NCBI GenBank assembly: GCA_035308025.1
Contig: DATGHL010000045.1
Coordinates: forward strand, 56,014 to 120,013
Source: Candidatus Binataceae bacterium
GTDB lineage: Bacteria; Desulfobacterota; Binatia; Binatales; Binataceae
DNA: 64,000 bases
Reading direction: 5' to 3'
The notes under the pieces were generated by a model, which saw nothing but the letters and a program-made list of their open reading frames with translations, made no database searches and was not told the DNA's origin. The translations under genes and the position numbers were made by a program. Positions 56,707 through 64,000 of this stretch are shown in pieces. How positions within the stretch are numbered: the stretch's first letter is position 1; each line of letters begins with the position of its first letter.

Positions 56707-57390
56707 ATGAACGAGTATTTCAAGCTGGAAAAGCAGGACGGTGTCGCGACCCTGACTTTTGATCGCGACGAGAAGCGCAACCCGCTGAATGAGCACAGTA
56801 TTGCAGAGCTCGAAGCTAACCTTATCGCGGTGCGCAGCGATGCCGACGTGCGCGCACTGTTGATTACCGGCACGGGGCGCGCCTTTTGCGCCGGCGCGGA
56901 CATCTCGCGGCTCAAGGGCGTCAGTGATCCGGCGGAGCGCCATCGGCTGTTCAGCACAGCCTCGCCGCGGGCGCGGCAGGTTTTGCGCCGCACCTTGGCG
57001 ATGCTGAAGGATATCGAGCTGCCGACGGTCTCGGCGGTCAACGGATTCGCGGTCGGCGGCGGATGGTTTCTCGCGCTCGCGTGCGATCTGCGGATCGCCG
57101 TCGAGGGTGCCGAATTCTGGCTGCCGGAGGTCGATCTGGGCGCGCCCGGACCGCGCGGACCCGAGCAATGGATGGCGGCTCACGTCGGCGCCGCGCGCGC
57201 CAAGGAGATCACCTTTACCTGCCGTCACTTCAAGGCTGACGAGCTTTATCAATGGGGACTGTTGAATCGCGTGGTCAAGCGCGAAGAGCTGATGCCGGTC
57301 GCGCTTGAGCTGGCGCGCAGTCTGGCGGCGAAAAACCACGCGGCGATTGTGCAGGCGAAGGCGCAGATCAATGGATTCTTCCTGGAGTAA
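56707..57390 (+). CDS. enoyl-CoA hydratase/isomerase family
   Basis: I prefer ATG 56707, after GGGAGG (MNEYFKLEKQDGVATLTFDRDEKRNPLN). CAGADIS; NGFAVGGGWFLALACD. Confidence 0.75.
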   Translation: MNEYFKLEKQDGVATLTFDRDEKRNPLNEHSIAELEANLIAVRSDADVRALLITGTGRAFCAGADISRLKGVSDPAERHRLFSTASPRARQVLRRTLAMLKDIELPTVSAVNGFAVGGGWFLALACDLRIAVEGAEFWLPEVDLGAPGPRGPEQWMAAHVGAARAKEITFTCRHFKADELYQWGLLNRVVKREELMPVALELARSLAAKNHAAIVQAKAQINGFFLE

Positions 57391-57410
57391 CTCTGGTCGA
57401 GGTAATCGCG

Positions 57411-58106
57411 ATGCCGGATAATTTTCGCTTCGAACAGGACGGGCCGGTCACGGTCATCACCTTCAATCGTCCCGAGCGGCGCAACTGCCTGAATCTCGAA
57501 GTGCTGGGCGAGTTGGAGGATTTGATTTTTCGCGTGCGCGCGAATCGTGAGACTCGGGTGATGATCGTCACCGGCACGGGCGCAGCTTTTTCGGCCGGCG
57601 CCGATATGTCGAGCTTCAAAGGGATTACTGACCCGGCCGAGCGTGTGCGCCAGTTCGCCTCGCGCAGCGGACAAGCGCCGCGAGTGATCGGGCGTATTTT
57701 CGACACCATCCTGCGGCTCGACTGCATGACGATCGGCGCGGTCAACGGCTATGCAGTCGGCGGGGGATGGGCGTTAGCGGCGGGGCTGGATTTCCTGATC
57801 GCGGCGGAAGGCGCGCAATTCTGGGTGCCCGAAGTGGAACTTGGCGTGCCCTTCAGGGGCGGCCCCGCAGAAGTATTGGCGAAACGACTGGGACCGTGGC
57901 GCGCCAAGGAGGCGATGATTCTCTGTCGCCGCTACACGGCGTCCGAACTGTTGACGATGGGTCTGGTCAACGAAGTCACGCCGGCGGCGGAGTTGATGAA
58001 CGCGACCCGCCGTCTCGCCGAGCGGCTGTTGGCGCTGCCGGAGAAGGCCGTCTACCGCACCAAGCATGCCATCGACGGAGTTTTCGTCGGCCCCCGGCTG
58101 TACTGA
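57411..58106 (+). CDS. enoyl-CoA hydratase/isomerase family
   Basis: 231 aa; VTVITFNRPERRNCLN, FSAGADMS, NGYAVGGGWALAAGLD. A paralogue of the preceding gene. Confidence 0.75.
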   Translation: MPDNFRFEQDGPVTVITFNRPERRNCLNLEVLGELEDLIFRVRANRETRVMIVTGTGAAFSAGADMSSFKGITDPAERVRQFASRSGQAPRVIGRIFDTILRLDCMTIGAVNGYAVGGGWALAAGLDFLIAAEGAQFWVPEVELGVPFRGGPAEVLAKRLGPWRAKEAMILCRRYTASELLTMGLVNEVTPAAELMNATRRLAERLLALPEKAVYRTKHAIDGVFVGPRLY

Positions 58107-58180
58107 TTAGTATCGACAAAATCCCGTCGTGGGAGTAAGAATCCACAACGCAGTGATGCACCTCTGCGGGAGGTAATCCA

Positions 58181-58684
58181 ATGATCAAACCTGATCGAAT
58201 CGGCCACGTCGTGATCAAAGTTCGCGACATCGAGCGGTCGAAGAAGTTCTACACCGAGGTCCTGGGCCTACAGCAGATGATGGAGCTGCCGCAGCTCAAG
58301 ATGGCGTTTTTCGCCAGCAACGGCCGCGACCATCATGAGATTGCCTGCGTTGAAGTCGGGGCGGACGCCATGGGCAATCAGCCCAATCAGATCGGCCTGG
58401 TGCATATCGCCTTTCGGCTGCGCGACGAAGCTCATCTGCAGGCCGCCTACAAGGAACTCAAGGCGAATGACGCGACGATCAACTTCACGGTTGACCACGG
58501 GATCACGCGAAGCATCTATTTCCGCGATCCCGACGGCAACCAGCTCGAAGTTTATCGCGACGCTACGCCAGAAGAACTCGCGCGCAACAAGAGCAACAAG
58601 TACCTGGGGATGGACAAGCTCGACTTCGCGCCCGAAGAGCGCGGTATCGCGGAGGCTTTCGCCGCCCGCGAAGTGATGAGCTAA
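58181..58684 (+). CDS. VOC-family protein (glyoxalase/extradiol dioxygenase-like)
   Basis: 167 aa; IGHVVIKVRDIERSKKFYTEVLGL, HIAFRL, YFRDPDGNQLEVY. Confidence 0.7.
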   Translation: MIKPDRIGHVVIKVRDIERSKKFYTEVLGLQQMMELPQLKMAFFASNGRDHHEIACVEVGADAMGNQPNQIGLVHIAFRLRDEAHLQAAYKELKANDATINFTVDHGITRSIYFRDPDGNQLEVYRDATPEELARNKSNKYLGMDKLDFAPEERGIAEAFAAREVMS

Positions 58685-58685
58685 A

Positions 58686-58925
58686 CACTAGCGGAGCGCG
58701 GTTGCCGAGCGGAGCGAGCAGGCGAGTCTGCGAGCTGCGTCAAAATTCTTGATCAGCGGAGCGCGGTTGCCGGCCCCTAGGGAAGCGAAGCGAAACGAGC
58801 AAACGAGTGCGCGAGGTGCGTTCAGATAGCGTCCGATCAGGCGAGTCTTTATCTTGGCCGCGCGTCGCAGACTCCGCCGCCCCCCGGAGCTGCGTCAAAA
58901 TTCTTGATCAGCGTAGCGCGGCGCG
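58686..58925 (+). repeat. dispersed GC-rich repeat, compound locus B (three partial copies)
   Basis: Begins 2 nt after the VOC stop with CACTAGCGGAGCGCGGTTGCCGAGCGGAGCGAGCAGGCGAGTCTGCGAGCTGCGTCAAAATTCTTGATCAGCGG. Continues ...GGCGAGTCTTTATCTTGGCCGCGCGTCGCAGACTCCGCCGCCCCCCGGAGCTGCGTCAAAATTCTTGATCAGCGTAGCGCGG. The last 18 nt are the 3' end of the TcuA-like gene on the other strand. Confidence 0.85.
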
Positions 58926-60392
58926 GCCAGCCGCGGTTCCGGCGAGCCGGCCGAATACGGAGCCGGACATCAATCCGGTCCCGCCTGGATAGTTAAAGTA
59001 GAAGAGGCCGCCGACGAGTTCGCCCGCGGCGTACAGCCCGCGAATCGGGACGCCGTCGGTATTGATCACCGCGCCGTCTTCATCAATCCGCAGGCCGCCG
59101 AAGGTGAAGGTGATGCCGCAGGTGACGGCGTAAGCCTCGAAAGGCGGCGTGTCGAGCGTATTCGCCCAGTTGCTTTTTTCGAGCGTGAGGCCGCGCGTGC
59201 AGCGTCCGTCCTTGATGTTCGGATTGAACGGAACCTCCGTGCGCACCGCGGAATTATAGGCTCCGACCTCGGCGAGAAATCCTGGACCGTCGACGTCTTC
59301 GAGTTTGCGTGCGAGCGCCTCGAGGGTTTCCGCGCTGACCCGGGTCACCCGTTTGAGCCGGTATTCGTCGCGCAGCAGATGGGTCACCTTATGATCGAAA
59401 ATCTGCCAGGCGAACTGGGCGGGCTGCTCGAGGATCGCGCGGCCGTATTTCGCGTAGGTGTAGTTGCGGAAGTCCGCGCCCTCATCGACGAAGCGTCGCC
59501 CCAGCGCATTCACCATGATGCCGAAGGGATAGCTGTGCTTCTGAAAGCCGTCGCCGACGCTGAGATCGCCAAACTCCGGCGCGTTGCGATCCCAGCCCAC
59601 GGCATGGCATCCGGACCAGTTGCCGGCCGGCATCGCCGCGGCCGCGAGCGCCATCGCGATACCGTCGCCGGTGTTGAAACGGGTGCCACGCACTTTCGCG
59701 AGGTCCCAGCCCGGGCCGAGATAGCGCGTGCGCCACTCAGCGTTGGCCTCGAAGCCGCCGGAAGCGAGGACGACGGCGCGCGCGTCAAGCACGGCCGCGC
59801 GGCCTTGCATGCGTATAGCGACGCCACGGACGCCGTTATCGGAGATCATCAGCTCGCGCGCGCGGCTGGCGTAAAGCACTGCGATTCCGGCGCGGGCCGC
59901 GATCGCGTAAAGCGAATCAACCAGTCCGGGGCCACCGCCCCAAGCCTCGACCGTCAGGCCGCCCCAGAACTTGAAACGCCCATCGACCTTGAAGGCCTGC
60001 CGTCCATAAATCGGGACAAAACGGATTCCGCGCGCGCGCATCCAGAGCATCGTGTCGAAGCTCTGCGTTACTAAGGTCTCCGCGAGTTGCGGGTCGGTCC
60101 GATACTGCGTGACGCGACAGAGATCGTCGTAGAACTGATCCTGTGGATAGGCGCCGAAGTCGGTCTGAGATTTTTCCTCGTCGCTCAGATCCGGCATCAG
60201 GCGCGTCAAGTCCTCGACACCGTTGTATGCGACCCGCATCGCGCCCGCGGTGAAGCGCGAGTTGCCGCCGCGCTCGGCCTCCGGCGCAGCCTCCAGGATC
60301 AGAACCGAAGCGCCACTCTCGCGCGCCGCGAGCGCTGCGCACAGTGCCGCGTTGCCGCCGCCCACTACGATCACGTCATACGCGGTCGTCAT
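58908..60392 (-). CDS. FAD-dependent oxidoreductase, tricarballylate dehydrogenase (TcuA)-like flavoprotein
   Basis: I prefer ATG 60392 (MTTAYDVIVVGGGNAALCAALAARESGASVLILE), 494 aa. C-terminal GLYAAGELVGGLFYFNYPGGTGL. Confidence 0.7.
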   Translation of the reverse strand: MTTAYDVIVVGGGNAALCAALAARESGASVLILEAAPEAERGGNSRFTAGAMRVAYNGVEDLTRLMPDLSDEEKSQTDFGAYPQDQFYDDLCRVTQYRTDPQLAETLVTQSFDTMLWMRARGIRFVPIYGRQAFKVDGRFKFWGGLTVEAWGGGPGLVDSLYAIAARAGIAVLYASRARELMISDNGVRGVAIRMQGRAAVLDARAVVLASGGFEANAEWRTRYLGPGWDLAKVRGTRFNTGDGIAMALAAAAMPAGNWSGCHAVGWDRNAPEFGDLSVGDGFQKHSYPFGIMVNALGRRFVDEGADFRNYTYAKYGRAILEQPAQFAWQIFDHKVTHLLRDEYRLKRVTRVSAETLEALARKLEDVDGPGFLAEVGAYNSAVRTEVPFNPNIKDGRCTRGLTLEKSNWANTLDTPPFEAYAVTCGITFTFGGLRIDEDGAVINTDGVPIRGLYAAGELVGGLFYFNYPGGTGLMSGSVFGRLAGTAAGRAALR

Positions 60393-60538
60393 GAATCCAA
60401 AGTTCCATCCTGCACGCCGAGCGGTCAAGCCGGTGTATCAAACGCGCGTAGAGCATTTTTGTCGCGTTGTGGTTGTGCGATATTTGATGCGGCGTCAGCG
60501 CGATATTCTGAGTCGCGCGCGACGCGCTCGGAGGGTGC

Positions 60539-62011
60539 GTGGCAGCTTATGATGTGATCGTGGTTGGCGCCGGTAACGCCGCGCTCTCGGCAGCGGTCGC
60601 AGCGTGCGAAGCGGGCGCTGCGAAGGTGCTCGTGCTCGAGAAGGCTGCAGAGGAGTTGCGCGGGGGCAATACCTATTACAGCGGCGGCCTGCTGCGCATC
60701 GCTTTCAACCAGGCCGCCGAGATTCTCCGCCTGGCGCCGCAGGCAGATGAGTTGCCGGGCTTCATCGAGGGGCTCGAAGCTTATCCACAGGAGGCTTTCT
60801 GGGCCGACCTGCGCCGTATGACCAGCGATCGGACTGATCCCGAGCTCGCGGAAACCCTCATTTCGCAATCCTACCCGACCGCCTTGTGGATGGCGGAAAA
60901 CGGCATCCGTTTTGAGCCCGCCATCTCGCTCGGCGCGGTGCGGGTTGGCGGCGCGATCAAATGGCCGAAAGGCGCAATTCTGCGCGCCGCGAATGAAGGC
61001 GTCGGGCTGTCACGGATGTGGTTTGCGCGCGCCGGAAAAAGCGGCATCGAAGTCCGCTATCGGAGCGGCGCGATCCGGTTGATGCTCGACAGCCGCGGCC
61101 GCGTCTGCGGCGTGGTCATCCGGGATCCCGCCGGACTTCAGGAAGTTGCCGCGCGCGCCGTCGTGCTGGGATGCGGCGGCTTCGAGGCGAACATGGCGTG
61201 GCGCGCGCAATACCTCGGCCGCCCGTGGGATCATGCGAAGGTGCGCGGCACCCCGCACAATCAGGGTGACGGCTTGCGGATGGCGCTGGAGATCGGTGCG
61301 ATGCCGTGGGGACAGTGGAGCGGATGCCACGCGACGCCGATCAATGCCGCGGCACCCGCCTTCGGCGATCGTCAGCTCACCGACAAGACCAACCGCCTAT
61401 CGTATCTGTATGGTGTGATGATCAATCGTGACGGCCTACGCTTCGTCGATGAGGGCGAAGATCAGGCGCTGTTCACCTACGCCAAATTCGGCGGAGCGAT
61501 TCTGAATCAGCCCGGCGGCGTGGCCTGGCAAATCTTCGACGCCAGAGTGACCGCGCTGCTCGAACCCCGCTATGCGACCAGCGAGCCGATCGTCGCGGAG
61601 CGGCTGGAGGATCTGATCGCTAAGCTGGACGTCGATCAGGCGACCGCGCTCCGGACACTCAACGAATTCAACGCTGCCGCTGGCCGTGGTCGTTTTAATC
61701 CGGGCGAGCACGACGGCATGGCGACGCGCGAATTATCGCTGCCCAAATCCAACTGGGCGCAAAAGCTCGAGACGCCGCCGTTTTGCGCCTATCCGGTCAC
61801 GGGCGGCATCACTTTTTCGTTCGGCGGGTTGAAGATCAACGACCGCGCGCAAGTGATCGCGACCAACTGGGAGCCGATCGCTGGACTGTACGCCTGTGGC
61901 GAGATGGTCGGGGGCCTGTTTCACAACAACTATCCGGGTGGTTCGGGACTGATGTCGGGCGCGGTCTTTGGCCGGATCGCCGGGACGTCGGCGGCGCGCG
62001 ATCAAAGGTAA
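60539..62011 (+). CDS. FAD-dependent oxidoreductase, TcuA-like paralogue (divergently transcribed)
   Basis: 490 aa; GTG start. AAYDVIVVGAGNAALSAAVAACEAGAAKVLVLE; GLYACGEMVGGLFHNNYPGGSGL. Confidence 0.7.
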   Translation: MAAYDVIVVGAGNAALSAAVAACEAGAAKVLVLEKAAEELRGGNTYYSGGLLRIAFNQAAEILRLAPQADELPGFIEGLEAYPQEAFWADLRRMTSDRTDPELAETLISQSYPTALWMAENGIRFEPAISLGAVRVGGAIKWPKGAILRAANEGVGLSRMWFARAGKSGIEVRYRSGAIRLMLDSRGRVCGVVIRDPAGLQEVAARAVVLGCGGFEANMAWRAQYLGRPWDHAKVRGTPHNQGDGLRMALEIGAMPWGQWSGCHATPINAAAPAFGDRQLTDKTNRLSYLYGVMINRDGLRFVDEGEDQALFTYAKFGGAILNQPGGVAWQIFDARVTALLEPRYATSEPIVAERLEDLIAKLDVDQATALRTLNEFNAAAGRGRFNPGEHDGMATRELSLPKSNWAQKLETPPFCAYPVTGGITFSFGGLKINDRAQVIATNWEPIAGLYACGEMVGGLFHNNYPGGSGLMSGAVFGRIAGTSAARDQR

Positions 62012-62100
62012 CAAACTCCGCGATTATTTCTCTCCGCGGGATATTCCCTGGCGACGGCCGCGTTTACGCCGGACTGAGTACCCTCGAACAGATCGGGACG

Positions 62101-62862
62101 TCAGGCAGCGCCGGCGCGGCTCGGCTTTAGCGAGCGCACCGCTTCGGCGTCGCCCTCCTCGTGCAGCCTTATGCGGGCATCCTTGATCATGTAATAGCCC
62201 ATCGAAGCCGTCCACATAAAATAGGTTCCGAACAGTGTCCAGAACGAGATGAGGCCGTTCCACGCCAGCGGACCCGTCTTGAAGAACGGCATCGCGGTAA
62301 GTGGAATAAAGCTGAGGCCCGTGAATATCGCCCAACCGCTTACCCAACGCGGAAAGACCGGACGCGCACTCTGGTCTGCTAGCCCGACCAGACCGGCGGC
62401 GATCGCCTGCAGCGAAGTTACCGCATAGGTGATGTTGAACAGGATGAAACCCAGGTCGTTGAGAGTACGAATCGTGTTCGGATCCATATCCGGGCGGAAA
62501 GCCGCAGTGGCCCAGATCGCCGGACAGAACATCAGAACCCAGGCGGTCAGTATGCCGCCGCTGAGTTGAATGATCGTCAGAACCGGGCTCGAGCCCTCGA
62601 TCCGCCGCATGACGACGGTGAGCTGAGCGGTCCACGGAATCCACAGCACCGCTATCAGCGCGGCCATGCTGTTGCCGAAAAGGATCGAGTTATGATGGAG
62701 CGCAAAGTAGCCGGCAAATTCCGGCCCGGTCAGGTTCGGCGAAGCCGGCGGCAGATTGTGTCCGAAGACACCCCAGAAGATCGTAAAAAGAGCCTCGAAC
62801 AGAAAACCACTCGAGGCGGCGATCAACTGATATTTGAGATTCTGCTTCGTCGTCATTTCCAC
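62101..62862 (-). CDS. integral membrane protein, unknown function
   Basis: 253 aa (ATG 62856 is also possible, after GGGAGAG). About 6 hydrophobic segments. No family recognised. Confidence 0.55.
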   Translation of the reverse strand: MEMTTKQNLKYQLIAASSGFLFEALFTIFWGVFGHNLPPASPNLTGPEFAGYFALHHNSILFGNSMAALIAVLWIPWTAQLTVVMRRIEGSSPVLTIIQLSGGILTAWVLMFCPAIWATAAFRPDMDPNTIRTLNDLGFILFNITYAVTSLQAIAAGLVGLADQSARPVFPRWVSGWAIFTGLSFIPLTAMPFFKTGPLAWNGLISFWTLFGTYFMWTASMGYYMIKDARIRLHEEGDAEAVRSLKPSRAGAA

Positions 62863-63006
62863 TAGCTCTCCCGCGGTTTATGGAACTCGGCGCCCAAAGA
62901 GTTTCTCCAAATGATTTCGCGCCATTGGAGGCAATCGCCTCTGTTGAGTGGAGCAATACTCCAACAAGACAAAAAAGCAAGTCCCGTCGGGAGAAAGTTT
63001 TCTCGC

Positions 63007-63072
63007 TCTGAATCTGTACGCAGCTCGCGGACTCGCCTGCTCGCTTCGCGCGGCAACCGCGCTCCACTAGTG
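63007..63072 (-). repeat. dispersed GC-rich repeat, copy C
   Basis: The reverse complement, CACTAGTGGAGCGCGGTTGCCGCGCGAAGCGAGCAGGCGAGTCCGCGAGCTGCGTACAGATTCAGA, starts 4 nt after the PPOX-like gene stop. Confidence 0.85.
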
Positions 63073-63076
63073 TTTC

Positions 63077-63526
63077 TCAGTATTTACCGCCGAGTTTGGC
63101 GTGGTCCCAACTCGAGATTTTTTGCGGCACGATCTTGAGCAGGACGCGTTTCGGCGCGCTGCCGGAGGCGGCTCGCGGCGCGGCGCCGCCAGGCTGCTCG
63201 CCGGCCAGTTCGCGCATCGTGCGGGCGACGACCTCCGCATCTTCGATCAGCTCGCACATCCCGCGGATCATTACGCCGCGCAGCTCGGCGTAAGACTGCC
63301 CGCTCTCGACCATAACTGCGACCTTCGGATTGCGGCGGATATTAAGGACTTTCTGCGCCTTGCCGTAGGAGGTCATATAGATGAAGCCATCTTTAGCGAG
63401 ATAGTTCATCGCGACCACGTGCGGAAAGCCGTCATTGCCGATCGTCGCGAGCGCGGCCTTGCGCGGCTGCCGGAGAAACTCGCTCTGCTCATCCGCGGTC
63501 AATTGGATCTGTTGTCGTCGGTTCAT
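63077..63526 (-). CDS. pyridoxamine 5'-phosphate oxidase-family (PPOX-class, probably F420/FMN-binding) protein
   Basis: I prefer ATG 63526 (MNRRQQIQLTADEQSEFLRQPRKAALATIGNDGFPHVVAM), 149 aa. Confidence 0.65.
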   Translation of the reverse strand: MNRRQQIQLTADEQSEFLRQPRKAALATIGNDGFPHVVAMNYLAKDGFIYMTSYGKAQKVLNIRRNPKVAVMVESGQSYAELRGVMIRGMCELIEDAEVVARTMRELAGEQPGGAAPRAASGSAPKRVLLKIVPQKISSWDHAKLGGKY

Positions 63527-63822
63527 TTCGTGACCTTTTTCAACTACGCGACTGAAAAGGATCGCCGCCACCTGAATGGCGAGGGTGGTTAAGTCTGTCG
63601 GCCATCTTCCGTCTGTTTCGCGCCGATTTCAAACTCGCTGCGCCTCTCGCGGGCCAGCCCAAGTGACCAACAATGCGACAGCGCGTGGTTGAAATCGGGA
63701 TGACCTGCGTCGCTGCGTGTCGCTAGAGCTGCTTCGCGGGAGGGCATCATTCTTGCGGTGCGCTACCGGGTACGGGCGAGTCTTTCCGCCGCGTAACTCG
63801 AGTTGCCGGAGCGGTGATCGGA

Positions 63823-64000
63823 ATGACCGAATCCCAGAGTGTCGGATGCGCTTTCGCCGATGACGGCCGCGTGGACGAGCAGCTTGCCGCGGAGATCTGT
63901 CTCCTGCGCGCCGAGCGGGTGCGTCTGAGCGCGGAGCTTGAGCAGGCGCAGGGCTTCCAGCGCATTTTCGACGCCTGCACCACCGCGATCAGCGTCCACA
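63823..64000 (+). CDS. partial CDS (5' end only), possibly a coiled-coil/PAS sensor N-terminus
   Basis: Not in the ORF track (no stop in the window). ATG 63823 gives MTESQSVGCAFADDGRVDEQLAAEICLLRAERVRLSAELEQAQGFQRIFDACTTAISVH. Strong codon-3 G/C bias. Confidence 0.4.
   Translation, partial: MTESQSVGCAFADDGRVDEQLAAEICLLRAERVRLSAELEQAQGFQRIFDACTTAISVH

Noticed and set aside
753-57339. Many long ORFs on the strand opposite to, or out of frame with, the called genes. Examples: 753-1238(+), 3574-4614(+), 5904-6752(-), 12455-13444(+), 13960-14676(+), 26772-27704(-), 28073-29026(-), 32426-33328(-), 34944-35864(-), 46073-46915(+), 48480-49628(-), 50184-51020(-), 52888-53865(-), 54156-54968(-), 55274-56497(-), 56494-57339(-).
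   Set aside because: These are typical high-GC shadow ORFs. Their translations are Arg/Ala/Pro/Gly-rich and low in complexity, with no motifs and poor codon-3 G/C. Each fully overlaps a gene with clear family signatures.
1-64000. Mobile genetic elements, prophage genes, toxin-antitoxin pairs and known defence systems.
   Set aside because: I recognised no transposase, integrase, recombinase, phage structural gene, restriction enzyme, nuclease, ATPase or helicase in any frame. The only methyltransferase looks like a small-molecule or generic class I enzyme, not a DNA methyltransferase (no DPPY/PCQ-type motifs).

Overview
This is a 64 kb chromosomal window from a high-GC diderm bacterium; a porin, a TonB-ExbB-ExbD set and a TonB-dependent receptor are present. 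About 60 protein genes are supported. Most are soluble catabolic enzymes: 4 LLM/F420-type oxidoreductases, 3 amidohydrolase_2 enzymes, 2 acyl-CoA dehydrogenases, 3 crotonases, 2 MaoC hydratases, a malyl-CoA-lyase-like CitE, a family III CoA-transferase, a split acyl-CoA carboxylase, a methylmalonyl-CoA mutase catalytic subunit, a P450, VOC proteins and 2 TcuA-like flavoproteins. I found no rRNA, tRNA, CRISPR, transposase or integrase. The ORF track misses four things.

1. Three genes contain an in-frame TGA at a redox-motif position. Each TGA is followed by a near-identical GC hairpin 13-16 nt downstream. They are a SelW/Rdx-like CxxU protein, an AhpD/CMD-like CxxU protein and an exported rhodanese with U in the active-site loop. 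I read these as selenoproteins with a lineage-specific SECIS; no Sec machinery is in the window.

2. A dispersed GC-rich intergenic repeat family occurs at 7 loci, often starting within a few nt of a stop codon.

3. Two places show an insertion flanked by a diverged duplicate of a gene start: the LLM gene at 5.4 kb, and a 2.9 kb GMC-oxidoreductase plus O-methyltransferase cassette that splits the carboxylase operon at 38.5-41.4 kb.

4. An AT-richer islet at 8.5-11.9 kb carries a methyltransferase, a Cys-ladder beta-helix repeat protein and small membrane proteins, next to a decayed gene remnant.

Frame disruptions are seen only in envelope/transport genes (TonB-dependent receptor, ExbB, OPT transporter) and in that remnant. 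Whether these are real decay or homopolymer assembly errors needs the reads. Family calls come from motif recognition by eye; no database search was run.
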